64,000 nucleotides of DNA from assembly GCA_951406725.2 (NCBI GenBank), contig OX597819.1, positions 82,336,001 to 82,400,000 of the forward strand, given 5' to 3'. Below the pieces are notes generated by a model. The model saw only the letters and a program-made list of their open reading frames with translations, had not been told where the DNA came from and did no database searches. Position 1 is the stretch's first letter. Every line of letters begins with the position of its first letter. This DNA comes from Octopus vulgaris (lineage: Eukaryota). Positions 12,807 through 25,600 of this stretch are shown here, one piece after another. The translations under genes were made by a program, and so were the position numbers.

Positions 12807-13548
12807 GGCAGTTTGTCTGTCTGTGTGTCTGTCAGGTTGTACCCTCACCCTGACCACGGCTTTCAACCGATTCTGATGAAACTTGACACACACGTAGCTC
12901 AATGTCATAATTCAAAACTAACGCAGCGAAAATTTTGAAAAGTTCCCCCAGTTCTGAAAAAAAAATCGATAAATTCGACATGTGTCGAGAATCTAAGCTT
13001 TTTATATGCAACACATTTTCTACAGACTCTCTAGGGGACGCAACTCGACCTTTTTAACTCTCGGAACACGTGGGGTAAGTATCCCAAAGTGTATAAAAAT
13101 GTACAAAAACGGCAAAAAAGCGGGCAGCAATATGAGTGACAACAACGAAAAAGTCAAAAGTGACCAAACTGAACAAACGAATGGAAAAGGTTTTTTGATG
13201 CACACGACAAAAGCGGTTTATAATAAACCAAGAGTTTGCAAGCAGCGTCCGAGGACCCTTAGGGTACGTCAAAAATTTAAGGTAAAACGTTTGGGGTGGT
13301 AGTTATAAAGAAAGCGTAAACAAAAAAAGTATTCGAATAACTTGCGGCTGCAGCAGCTATTAGCAGAAGTGACGGTGTTGGGGGTAAAGTCTCGAATGTA
13401 ATTTCTTCTTGGTAGGAATTGGTTGGGTTGAATTATCGATAGTTGTTTGATAGTTATTTAGGAGTGAAGAGAAGACATTGCAACCTACACATGCGCCTTT
13501 GTTCCCTAGAGGGAAAGGACTAGATTAGGATTAGTCGTTGCCTACTAG
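12803..13548 (+). mobile_element. Helitron-like non-autonomous element with divergent 3' half
   Basis: First ~255 bp match 13886-14150; then unrelated sequence ending in hairpin gactag..ttagtc and CTAG (13545-13548). Confidence 0.55.
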
Positions 13549-13745
13549 GGTTTATTACCATTCAACAAACTGAATGTATAGTACTTATATACATTCATAT
13601 ATATATATATATACATTTATGCATGCATATATATATATACTTATATACATGCATATATATATACTTTTATGCATGCATATATATATACTTTTATGCATGC
13701 ATATATATATACTTTTATGCATGCATATATATATACTTATATACA

Positions 13746-13793
<48 letters not shown>

Positions 13794-13885
13794 TACATGC
13801 ATATATATATACTTTTATGCATGCATATATATATACACACACATACATATATACATATATACACACATATATATATATACATATA

Positions 13886-14258
13886 TCTCTCTATATATAA
13901 ACGGCAGTTTGTCTGTGCGTGTTTCTGTGTGTCTGTTTGCTTGTACCCTCACCCTGACCACGGCTTTCAACCGATTCTGATGAAACTTGACACACACATA
14001 GCCCAATGTCATAATTCAAAACTAACGCAGCGAAAATTTTGAAAAGTTCCCCCAGTTCTGAAAAAAATCGATAAAATCGACATGGGGTCGAGAATCAGAA
14101 ACACAAACCACAGACTGTCTAGGGGACGCAACTCAACCTTTTTTAACTCAAAAAAAAATTTACCATCATTTTTTTGCTATTTTTTGGCTATAACTCTCTA
14201 AAAATGCTTTATAGTTATTTCCCTTACAAACCTGAGCAACGCCGGGCGATACTGCTAG
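13886..14258 (+). mobile_element. Complete non-autonomous Helitron
   Basis: 5' a|TCTCTCTATATATAAA, (ctgt)-like repeats, and 3' cctgagcaacgccgggcgatactgCTAG|t; A|T insertion with no TSD. Confidence 0.85.
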
Positions 14259-14292
<34 letters not shown>

Positions 14293-14318
14293 TATATATT
14301 ACTCACACACACACATAC

Positions 14319-14532
14319 AGCTATGAGGGAAAAACTTGGATCTTGTGAATTTTCCGAATTCCTCTATCCACCCTTTGGAAAAGATTTTCCCCACAAATTA
14401 CTTTATAATTGTAATGTATGTCGTTTGAAAGGTATTTCTATAAAATTTCATTGAAAGAACCCCCATCTTCCTAAAAGTTATGATGGAAAAACTCGGATTT
14501 TGTGAATTTTCCGAAGTCCTCTCCCCACCCTC
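14319..14532 (-). repeat. Inverted copy of the 11895-12180 repeat
   Basis: agctatgagggaaaaac...gtgaattttccgaa motif occurs twice. Confidence 0.75.
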
Positions 14533-14670
14533 CCGTTGCTTTGCGCGCATTTCTTTCCTTTTTTTTCATATTCATTTCCTACACATTGTCTTACACCCAT
14601 TCCAGTATTTTTTTTTTTTTTTTTTAGTGGGGGGGAATTTCATTTCCGGGTCAAGATGTAAACATTAACC

Positions 14671-15077
14671 GGATATTTTCGGTTTGAACGGCAGTTTTTT
14701 CTTGCGGTGTCGTATGAAATTGTCACCCATAATTATGACCCTAGTATCGATCTATTGCATTTTAATCTGTTTTAGGGTTAGGGGTGGGGGGAAAGGTATC
14801 TTTTTTTCTTCAGAAATGTAAATAAACCCAATCTGTTTCTTAAACGAAAGACATATTCATACGGCACAGACTGTTTTCACCTCAATAGACGTCATTGATT
14901 GGTTGAAATTGCAGAAATTGAAGAAAAAAACAAATATCTTACAAACAATAGAATTTTCTCAATAAAGCCAAGAGAAAAAGATGTTCTATTAACACATTCT
15001 ACCAGTATACGAAGTTTAAAAGTGTTTAGTTACGTGGAAATTATTTTAAATAACTGCTGGTCAAACCGAAAAGATCC
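14671..15077. mobile_element. MITE related to 9598-10319
   Basis: TIRs ggatattttcggtttgaacggcagtt and aactgctggtcaaaccgaaaagatcc; TSD cattaacc/cattaact; right part homologous to 10145-10315; internal ttagggttagggg. Confidence 0.85.
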
Positions 15078-15734
15078 CATTAACTGAATATTTATAAACC
15101 ACTTAGAAAAATGTTGTGACTACGACTGAAAAAAATATTTACACCGAGTGAGTCAGGTAGTATGAGTCCGTGGAAGAGATGTTTGTCATTATTTATAGCG
15201 AATTGTAGTAGTCATTGGATTCTGTAGCCGAAGTGAGCTGTGTAAGTTCCTGCCGTTGGATTTAGCTCAACTACTAGTAGGTTACCTGATAAGCCATCTA
15301 TAATGTACCCAAAGGTCGGTCAAAGAAAAGGGGCTAACGACGGAATCGTTAATTATTTGGGAGTTTACAAAACTAGATTTCTGATGAATTAAGAATTTGC
15401 AAGATATATTAGTGTTTCGACGATCAGCTCAGCTACTGATGAATACGAAGTCTTAATGTATTTACCAGAGACTGAAAATGTGAAAAATAAAAAAGTAAAA
15501 CGTAAAAACCAGACTGGCTTTTATCTATAATGTGGTTTTATGCGCAGTTAAGTAGATGTCATTAAACTCTTTGATAAAGTCAATGAATGACATTTCTCAT
15601 GGCACCAATAGACAAAATGGAAAAGGCGTTGTCTCGAAGGATAGTGAGGAAGATGCGCTGGAACAGCCACTCTGACACACAGGGCTCGCACTTGCAGACA
15701 GCCATCCCGCCTCGATAGCAGTGAACAGGGATAG

Positions 15735-15905
15735 TTGGTGACATTATCAGAATCGTTAGATCGTCGGAAAGTTGCTTTGCAGCTTTCGTTACATTTCTGG
15801 TTTCAAATATTGTCGAAGACTACTTTGCCTCCAGGATCGATAAAATAAAGTACCAGTCAAGTACTAAGGTCACACCCTTCCTCAAATCCCTAACTTTCTA
15901 CGTAT
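15735..15905 (+). mobile_element. Degenerate SINE (family B, Nin/Deu-like core)
   Basis: cagaatcgttag...tttgcc...gatcgataaaataaagtaccagt, as in 23585-23790. Confidence 0.55.
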
Positions 15906-18900
15906 GTTTGATAAGGTTAGTAAAATGTGACTGAAGTGTTGCACAATTACAAATATATTCATAAGGCAAACAATCAACAAATCACTCTGCGTGCATGTGT
16001 TGGTACTTTTAGCGGTCTAAAATTAGTTGCGAAATTTTTATTGGTAAAAGCGAAGTTACATCAATTATTGAAGAACTGATCAAGAATACACTGAAGTTGT
16101 ATATACTTCTTTAATTAGTTCGACTTATCTTGATTGTGGTGGATCATAATTACAAACTACGTAGAGGAAGCGAGCTTACGAAGAAACCTTATATGCTCTC
16201 GATCTGCTGGAAATAGACTCTCCTTCAAGTCAGATCCTAGTGTCCTAGAAGAAAAGAATGACGCACTTGACGATGGATTCCCATGTTATACAAGAAGAGG
16301 GAAGAGTCATAGCTGAAAAGCTTGATTGCACGATTGATATTGGGTTAAGCAAAGATATACATAAACTAATCTTAAGTTACTTTTACAAAATCTAATAATG
16401 GTGGACCTATAATTTGACTAACTTCTTTATGTTGCCAGTGAATCGTTTTCTTTTTTTCCCCTTCTTATTTCATTTATTTATATATTTTAATACTGTTCCG
16501 AAGTATATGCATTTCAATTATTCGGATGTGGAAAAACAAACTTCGTAACATAGAACTTATATATCTCTTAATCTGAAACGGTGAAGCCTATGCTTATTGG
16601 TTGATAATTTCAGGAATGATGTAAAACTTAACTTCAATAACTGGAAACACTGCCAAAGGAATTGCAGTTAAAACTATGTTCTGTAGTTACGGAAATCTCT
16701 AGAAGAAAAACAAACTGAAAGCTATCTAAAGACCTGACTCAGTTGGAATATTTCTTTTATAGTATGGAGGCATTCTCGTTAAAACATCAACAATATTGAC
16801 TTTAAGTATTTTCTTTTTTGTTTGGTTGTTAATAACTGTTCATCACAAATGTGGCAACGTTTGACGTCAATAGCATTAATTGATAGAAAATCGTATAGGT
16901 TTTTCCACAGCAAAATAAGTGGGGGGAACCAGAGCACTATGGCAACTTCGTTGTGTGTCCACACAGTCATCTCATTTTTGTTGTTTAGCTCAAATCAACG
17001 CTGGTCGAGTAGACCTAGGGAGAAGTACATTCCAGCTGTCATCAAACTGTCTTGTTTTCAGGCATAGTATATCTACAATTACATTCCCCAATGAGTCATT
17101 TCTTTTTTCAGGACGGCACGACATGATTTAAACATTTGGCTTCTATTTCTAGCATACTGAGCAGCCATGTAGTAATTCTCTCTTGAGAGTTAGAAGTTAA
17201 TTCTACTTCACAGTGATTCACGCTTCCATAAATCCAACTCTTAGAGATAATATATGATATTGGAGTAGAAATTTGCATGTGCTTATGGTTCTACGTACGC
17301 GCATTTTGCTAATTAACATTGACAAATCCAACACTTCGGAATTTTTTTAAAAAATTTATTTGAAGTTATTCAGTTATTTATTTGACACCCGATAAGAATC
17401 GCCTTTATTTCTTCTCACATGTTTGCGACAGACAACATCAGTTTAATACACAGTTCAGTCTCTTAAGGTTGATATAATTTGTCATCGCTTCTGATGTTGT
17501 TAAAAGAGGCGATTAACAAGTCTCATATGCAGCTACTTCATTATATTTCAGTTGGAAAATAACACCTTTATTCTATGAAGTTTGATTGCACATAGTGCGA
17601 CTCGGAGAGAAATTATTAATTCTCGTATGTTTGGCCCAGGAGGTATCACATGTCAATCCTATAGTATCATATTTATACGCAATGATATATTAATAGCGGT
17701 ACCCATAGAAATTCTACGGCCCGTTTTGTAGTACAATATCAGCCATAAACATCTCCCCACTGTCATTTCTCCCATAATTCTTTGATTAATTTCTGTAAAG
17801 ATAAATCAGATTCGGTCATGTTTTTTTTTCAAGCTTGATTCCTCATTTTGCCTGACGCAAAATATTCTTGCCTTTCATTATCGTTTATACTCTACCGTCT
17901 TACTTGATTAACAATTCTCGTTTTATTTCCTTATAGCTTCAGTTTTGTTGTTCGTCATACGACACCTTCTAGCTCCGTTTCGTGTCTTAATTTTATTCAT
18001 GTTCTCCTGAATTAATGTTTCATGTCTCTTTATCCCTAATTCTTATTTCTCCTCCTTACTCTTTTCTTAATATTACCCTATACGTTCTCCGCCTCTCTCG
18101 ATCGAATTCTTGCTGTCGTGTTCTATGATCATTGTCCGACATAACACATCAAATTCCGTTTCGGTAATAAAATAATTTAAGAAGCGCTTGATATTACATA
18201 GTTGATAACACCCGTGACCAATAGATACCATTACACATCTTTTAGCAAGCGAGTTAAGAACACAGTTATTAAAATAATAGATAGTTGGGAAAACTCCTTA
18301 TCTATGTTCACACATACTCACATTCATACACATACGAATGTTAATGGCGTGGGGATATGTACACATATCCAACCCTACTTTCTCACATTCAGCTAATCGT
18401 CATGCACGCACCAATTGCTTTCGTATGTGAGTAAATGTATATATGTACCTGTAGCATTCATTTAAATCTCTCTTTCTTTCTTTCTCTTTCACACAGACAC
18501 ATCTACTATCCCCTTTCCACAGCACGATAGATATTTTACACCACAGGAATCTATCGTTAGCACTTCAGTATGTCTAATAATATCGCATATTCTTACAAGA
18601 GCTAAGATAGTACATCTATAGTTAGTCTTAAATAAGATTTTAAAGCGTTTGTGACGGTAATGTTTTTAGTTGAGGTGAAATCAGTGGACACCAGATGTGC
18701 AAGATGGAAGAAGAACAGTGATCGAAATTGTAAAGAAATATTTATTTAACGTTACTTAATGTAATGCCATGCCTTGACGTGCAGGTGTGATGTAATTGAA
18801 AGAGTATGTAAGGTTAAGAAAGTTAATTTTGGCCTGTATGTGTGTACACGTTCTTATTTTAGTAGTAAACTATAGGCAGTGATCGAATGATGCTGTGAGA

Positions 18901-19546
18901 GAAAAGAAATTGAGCTAGTGAAAGTTAATGAAGTCGAGTGAAGTTGTGCCTCATAGTTGGCTGATTGTAACCTTCTTTCTCACTCTGGCCATTTGTCTTT
19001 AGTGGCTGCCTACTTATAGCCATGACTAGTTGTCTTGGTTCACTAATTGATTTTGCCTTACCAAATTCTAGTATTTATAACCATGCAAAACCAGTCAGGA
19101 GAGACATATTGTTGAGGACAATAGGTTTCGTTGGTGGTGTCTGTTATTTCAATTCTAACTTTTGGTGGCCTAGAAGCAGTTAGAAGGGTCAAGTGGCAAA
19201 GACATTATTCTGCTTAGCGAAGGTATCTGGTAAATATAGCTGCTGTCACAGAAAAGCTATTGCTTCACTGTGAGAAAAGTGCTGTTGAACTCTTATGTGA
19301 AATTTGGCGATCGAGGATCAAATCCATGCCATGCCTGCATGAAGCCACTGCACGTTCTTTATAAACACGAAGCGAGATTTTGTTTTCTGATTACAAGAAG
19401 AATCCCAGCCACTGGAATTTTTTCAGTTTGCTGTATTACATTTGTGAAATTCTACTGAATATGAATTTAGGATAGAGAGCCATCTTGAGCTGATTTCTTT
19501 GAGACCCACTATCGATATTCATAATTAGTCACATTTTACCATGAAG

Positions 19547-19606
<60 letters not shown>

Positions 19607-19624
19607 CTGTATCGACTTGATTGT

Positions 19625-19870
19625 AGAATATTATTTTCCTCGTATTGTTGCTGCTTTCGAATGATATCATTCTGCTGGCTAGGCTGGTAGGCCAACATTT
19701 TCCCCGAACAGAGTACCAGTCCATTGCATTGTTACTCACAACTGACTGAACTGAAACAACATGAAATGAAGAGTTTTGCTCGAGAACACAACGCACTGCC
19801 GGTCAGGGAATCAAAACCACAATCTTGCGATCGTTAGTGCAACACCCTAACCATGAGCCATATACCTTCA
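19625..19870 (-). mobile_element. tRNA-derived SINE (family C)
   Basis: Reverse strand tggctcatggttagggtgttg...gattccctgaccggc...gagcaaaactcttcatttcatgttg, homologous to 48000-48325. Confidence 0.65.
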
Positions 19871-21559
19871 CCACACGCACACACACTGATCATCTCGTCT
19901 TACCATCTGGGCTGAATATGCGTCTTTGATGAGATCTAACAACATCAAAACGACACCTGTTTTACCAGTTTGCTTCAGTAGTAAAAACCATTTGTAACAG
20001 TACTATTGTTATCTTTCAAAAATTTAGATTACTTGGTAGTATTGGAGTTGCTTCCTTTACATGCCGTTTTAAAACTTTAAATACCCTCTAGAGTGAGCTT
20101 TTCTTCTAATTGCAAGTATAATTTCAACTGATTGAATATTGTCGACCCACTATATTACATATGTGAGATTCTGCAGTACATATGTGAGATGTAGCATGTA
20201 GAACACGCTCCCCTTAGCCATATTGTTATGCTTTTACTCGTTTCATGCATTGAACCGCAGCCACACTGGGATGCCATTTCTAAGGGGGTTTTATGAATTA
20301 TATTAAGTCTGGTATTCATTGGTTAAGCTTACCAATTCAATTATACCCCTCTAAGGACATAATATCACAAATAATTTATCACACCAATGTTTCCATCTAC
20401 TCAGTTTTACTCACAAGACGTTGGTCAACTCGAGGCTATAATAGAAAGCTCTTGCCCAAGGTTCTGTGCAGCGGGATTGAACCTAGAAACACATGGTTTT
20501 GAAACAAACTTTTTAAACTATGAGTTGCTACTTCATAGTTCTAATAAGGTATTTCGGATCATACACCCTTTCAATTATTATTATTACATTAGGCTTAATC
20601 CCATATGTTTTCAAATCTACTACACATTTAGCTATATCTTTTCCTCTTTCTTTCCCTATATGATTTAGACTAATTGTGTCCTCTTACCATAACATTAGAT
20701 ACTCATCACTTGCATCCATCTTACCCTCTTTGAAAATGCTGATTATATGTAAAAAAATTTCCCTAATCCTAACCATTTCTGATTAGTATTAGGTACAATT
20801 GCATTCTCATCAACGGCATTTGGTACGTAAATATTCACTCTCGTCAGTAGAATTTTGGGAGCTAAATAAGCACGGTCTCGAATTAAGGTCAATTAAATGA
20901 TCTATGCATCAGTGTAAACACTGTTTGTTCTAAATTAGGGCTCGAGGATTTATAACTTCTTTCTAGACAATGGTATTTAGGTACCTATGTAAATGCCCAT
21001 TCAAGAAACCATCCTTTTATATTTTGAGCGCCTCTAAATAATGTCAAGATACTTTTGACAATGTTGCATTAACATTTATGACCACATACCTCTCCTCACA
21101 CACATACACAGCTTGTCATCGGCAATAATGCGATTCACTCGTAAAAGCTACCCAACAACGTTTGGTTCATAATTGTGCAGTATTTCCATTCTTGTAGTAA
21201 TCATTTTGAATTGTCGCAAAATAGCTGAGACAGTCATATAACAAATACGCTTACTTAAAACACACTTTATAAAAACTTTTGATTGAAAAAGATGTTTGCA
21301 GTTTTTGAATTTTTGATGCTCAAAATAAAAATCTGAAAACCGTAAGAAGAAAAAATAAATGGAGGGTGCAGGATTTGAAACTTAGCCTTTTTTTTTTATA
21401 AGCATGGGACCTAAAATATTTCATAGAAAGGGACTTTTTCAGTGGTGAGCATTTTTCCAATAACATAAGTGATATGAATGAAATGTATTTATCGAGAAAT
21501 GAAACGAAGTTGTCGATTCAATTTCCATTTAGAGAGATTCATAATCGTAGTGATTGTTC

Positions 21560-21960
21560 CTAATAGAGGCACGAGGCCAGAAATTTTGAGGTGTGGGTAT
21601 AAGCCGTATCATCTACTCCAGCAGAGTTGACCTCAGTAGGATTTGAACTCAGAACTTGAATAGCTGGAAGAAATATCACAAAGCCATTTCCCCTACAATT
21701 CTACCTATCCAATGCTTTTCTTATAGTCATTACTACTAATAATAACTTCTGATCTTTTAAACACAAGGCCAGCAGTTTTGAGGAGCAGTGCTTAGTTGAT
21801 ACCATCGATCCCATTTCTACCAACCCCAGATGATGTAAAACAGAATTGACCTTGGCACAATTTAAACTCAACGTTAAGTGACAGAACAAATACTACAAAG
21901 TATTCTTTTTTGTCCCTTTCATGACTCTACCAGCTCACTATCCCAAAGGCAATCAATAAA
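21560..21960 (-). mobile_element. Two degenerate family-B SINE copies
   Basis: gttgacctcagtaggatttgaactcagaac and attgaccttggcacaatttaaactcaac. Confidence 0.55.
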
Positions 21961-23584
21961 GAATAGGTTTGGGGCTTAAAGAAAAAAAATATCACTACTT
22001 GTTTGTGTATTTCATTCTTTACGTTAAGTGTACAAAAGCACATTATTCTAACTCATGAAGAAGAGAAAACGATTCTTAAAAGATTTTTTCAATGATGTGA
22101 ACAAATCACACATAGGAACACTTTGATCTAACTGAATGTGATTAAGAAAATAGACTGCATGTAAGATGTGTGAAAATTTGTGATGGTAAACATATGAGAC
22201 TTCTATTTTGTATGAAGAACCAATTAGTAACCTAGCCCTGCTTACAGAAGTCACTGCCACATCTGTGAAGAATAATTAAAGCAGATAATCACAACTGTTC
22301 CCTTTATCTTGATTCATTCTTTGATTGCTCTCATACCTTTCTTTTTCTAATCTTTCCAACATCTCACATGTTCTGTAACTTCCTCCACCCAACATTTTAC
22401 ATATTGAGGAACGTTTATACTACTCTGTTCCTTTGCCTTCAGATCTGATTGAATATTATGAATTCTTAATTAAATCAAACATGTGAAATAAATGCCATAG
22501 CCACAAATGGAATGACGCTCAGGCTGTGAAAAGTTGACACAGAAAGGCAAGCTAATCGACGACAGGAAGATTTGTAGAGTGTGCCTGATCCTTCAGTTGA
22601 CCTATTTTGCCATAAAGTCTACTTGATCAATGCATGCCAGGGCATGTGAGATGGGATTCGATACATACATCACAACCGGGTTCCAAATTTACTTGGGATA
22701 TCAGAACGTTTTTGCATATATTAAAAACTAGCATTCACACAAGGGCAGAAGAACCAAAGGAAATTTTTTCATGTCACTTGATAAAATTCCTCTCAGATGC
22801 CCTGGTGCTAATTTACGGCTTAACAATAACAATTAAGATCAGGGTTAGGTCCTACGATAAACTGAATTATAACAAATCATCATCTAAATCCAATGTGTCT
22901 CTGCAATTCATTTTTCACCCGGAATTTGATCTGTCACGTATAGTTTAATTTAGTTTCACCCTTTAGTTACTAGATTTAGAGGTGTTATGACAAATTCATG
23001 TCAATGATGGTAACTAATATAAGATAAAATAGCATACATGGACCCAGATTTTTCAACATCACGTTATCACTAGATATAGACCTTTGTCACAACTAACCTT
23101 ACCAGTCGTGCACATAAAAAAGAATTAGAAAAATCTAGTTTGAAATCTAAACAGGTTTAATTTTCATTGTCAGTTGTTTAGCAAGACCACAGAGTGACGC
23201 TATTTGGCTAAAAAAAAAAGAAGTTAATGATACACAGATTCAAGGTTAGTTATACAGAAAGAAGTAAATAATTTGTCAGTCAAAATCCTGGACTACAAAT
23301 CGAGATATATTAAATGTAGAACCCCCAATTTTTTTTTATGTAATTTTAACAATTAGATGTCAAAACTTGATTGCTTTGAGCTGGGATTTTAAGTTTAATA
23401 TGGGAATCAAGACTGAATTTAAATAAATGCTCTCTAAAGCAGGCAAAATACTTTACAAACAAGAAACAGCATCAGCAAAGCTCAGTTACAAATATTTTCG
23501 AATATCTTGCCCTTGGTCTAATGCCATTCTCACAGAAATCATCCATGGGTATTTTACTAATGTCATTGTTTTAAATTACTTTTA

Positions 23585-23790
23585 AAGGTCGTGAGCTGGT
23601 GGAATCGTTAGTACACCTGACAAAATGCTTAATGGTATTTAGTCTGCCTTTACGTTCTGAGTTCAAATTCCGCCGAGGTCGACTTTGCCTTTCATCCTTT
23701 CGGGATCGATAAATTAAGTACCAGTTACGCACTGGGTCGATGTAATCGACTTAATCTGTTTGTCTGTCCTTGTTTGTCCCCTCTGTGTAA
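23585..23790 (+). mobile_element. SINE family B (Nin/Deu-like core)
   Basis: ttctgagttcaaattccgccgaggtcgactttgcctttcatcctttcgggatcgataaattaagtaccagt. Confidence 0.8.
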
Positions 23791-23809
23791 AGAAATAGGT
23801 ATTTCATCT

Positions 23810-23943
23810 GTATTCACTCACAAGGCTTTGGTCGACTCGAGGCTATAGTAGAAGACACTTGCCCAAGGTGCCACGCAGTGTGAATGAATCCGGGACCATA
23901 TAGTTGGTAAGCAAGCTACTTACCACATAGCCACTCCTGCGCC
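23810..23943 (-). mobile_element. tRNA-derived SINE (family A)
   Basis: Reverse strand ggcgcaggagtggctatgtggtaagtagcttgc...gcgtggcaccttgggcaagtgtcttctactatagcc. Confidence 0.8.
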
Positions 23944-23960
23944 TATGTAAAATGTATGAC

Positions 23961-24072
23961 GCTTACAGCAACTAAGTTCCCCAAGCGGTCACCCATCTAA
24001 GTACTAACTAGGCTCGCCGTTGCTTAACTTCAGTGATCGGACAAGAACCGGTGCTTTCAACGTGATATGGCC
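23961..24072 (-). pseudogene. 5S rRNA copy (diverged, lacking ~6 nt at the 5' end)
   Basis: Reverse strand ggccatatcacgttgaaagcaccggttcttgtccgatcactgaagttaagcaacggcgagcctagttagtacttagatgggtgaccgcttggggaacttagttgctgtaagc matches metazoan 5S, including box A/C-like sequence. Confidence 0.9.
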
Positions 24073-24102
24073 CTGTCTTGAACTTTCATACATACTTACC
24101 TT

Positions 24103-24178
24103 GTCTCTGATGACGGAGTACCCAGTGTACGGACATGCAAGCCTATCGCTTGAGATATCCCAGAAACAGTTGTAAGGC
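24103..24178 (+). ncRNA. Type I hammerhead ribozyme-like motif (extended stem II)
   Basis: gtct-CTGATGA-cggagta...tatccca-GAAAC-agtt-GTA-aggc; stem I gtct/aggc. Confidence 0.65.
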
Positions 24179-24196
24179 TCCAAATTCACCTTGCCC

Positions 24197-24359
24197 CACA
24201 AGAGTAGCTTAGGGGGTTGGGTTGGGTTGGGGCGGCCCACCCCGGAGGCACTTTTCATCCTGTTGTAGGCTATTGCTTTGGCAATATATTTTTTGTGGGG
24301 TCTCGGGGCACCAAACAGAAGGGCCGCCCTGGACGACACATACTCTAGCTACACTAGTG
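24197..24359. mobile_element. Small GC-rich MITE (hAT-like, 8-bp TSD)
   Basis: Imperfect TIRs cacaagagtagcttag and ctagctacactagtg; inner gggcggccc/gggccgccc; TSD ccttgccc/ccttactc. Confidence 0.6.
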
Positions 24360-25269
24360 CCTTACTCTAATTAGATATTCTAAAGGACTTGAGATACTCG
24401 TCCTGTCTTGGATTTTGTTGTTCTTTTTCCTCTAATATATACATATATAAAGTTGGTTGAGTCATTTAGCACTGTGTTTTTTTATTTGTGAGAAGTTCTA
24501 ATCGTTTGTTTTTTTATCTTTTCACCTGAAGAAAACGGTCTTTTGCATGATGTAACAATTTTGTTCATCAATAAAGAACACGTCTGAGATAAGTGTAGTG
24601 AACCGCAACCCATCTGTATTAGGGCGGTGCTCTAGCATGGTCACAGTCAAATGGCTGAAGCAAGTAAAAGAATAAATGAATGCACACAGACACATTCATG
24701 TTCTTTACAAACACTCACACGCGTATTAAAAGGTTATTTATTTACAGAAATGTATTCCGTTTCGGTACACATGAATGGATTTTGGTTCCATTCATACGAG
24801 CTGAACCGGAATATATTCTGTAAACTAATAAACCTGCGAAAGAATATAACACTCTCTACATCTTGAGGCTACTGAGTACTCTTTTTAAGTCTGTAAGCCT
24901 TGTTTGTTTATATGAAGAAAATAGGGGTATGACTATATATTTATATATACAGAGGTATGACTGTATATATATATATATATATACATATAAATATAAATAC
25001 ATACATACATAAATATATATATATATATATATACATATATACCTACATACACACATACATACATACATACATACATACATACATAGATACATACATAAAT
25101 ATATACATACGCTGATATCGAGCTGTGAAAATGAGTGCTCAAAACCACATTAGTGGGTAAATATTTTTCATGGGTTTGTGGGTTTACAAAGCTACCAATT
25201 GCCTCTTGTAATAAGGGATCTCTTCACAATTTTGAAGCTGTGCACTATATGTACACACACACACCTCCC

Positions 25270-25600
25270 AATCAAGTAGGACTTTGATCAGCGGCATTTC
25301 AATTGTAACCACAGAGATTCTTGTTTTCAGATGATAGGCTATGATCTGAAGGGTGTTGTTTGACTGCTATTTCTAACAGTTCGACGACCATGCAGCGGCT
25401 TCTTAGTCTGCTCATGTTATCTTCATGTTGTTGTTGTCAGTTCTGATCGACACCTGTGATCAAAGGTATTTCAAGTTTGACCTAACCCGTCTTATCCTTC
25501 TGTTTTAAGAGGGTGAAGAGAATATAATTTAATGGTACTTTGGCTGCTATTTTAGCAAGTCGTACGATCTTGTAGAGTAGCAGATTCGTCGTTGGCTCAG
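25270..25600 (-). mobile_element. Two tandem degenerate SINE-like copies
   Basis: (t)gatca...ggc/ggtatttcaa...ctgctatttctaac/tttagc...cgac occurs twice. Confidence 0.55.

Noticed and set aside
16610-16740. ATGATG...CTGA, C/D snoRNA-like
   Set aside because: Imperfect C box, no terminal stem and no recognisable guide.
17400-19460. Purine-skewed stretches resembling very old LINE relics
   Set aside because: No diagnostic motifs readable by eye; left unannotated.
24092-24101. ATACTTACCT, identical to the U1 snRNA 5' end
   Set aside because: Following sequence lacks U1 stem-loops and an Sm site; it leads into the hammerhead motif instead.
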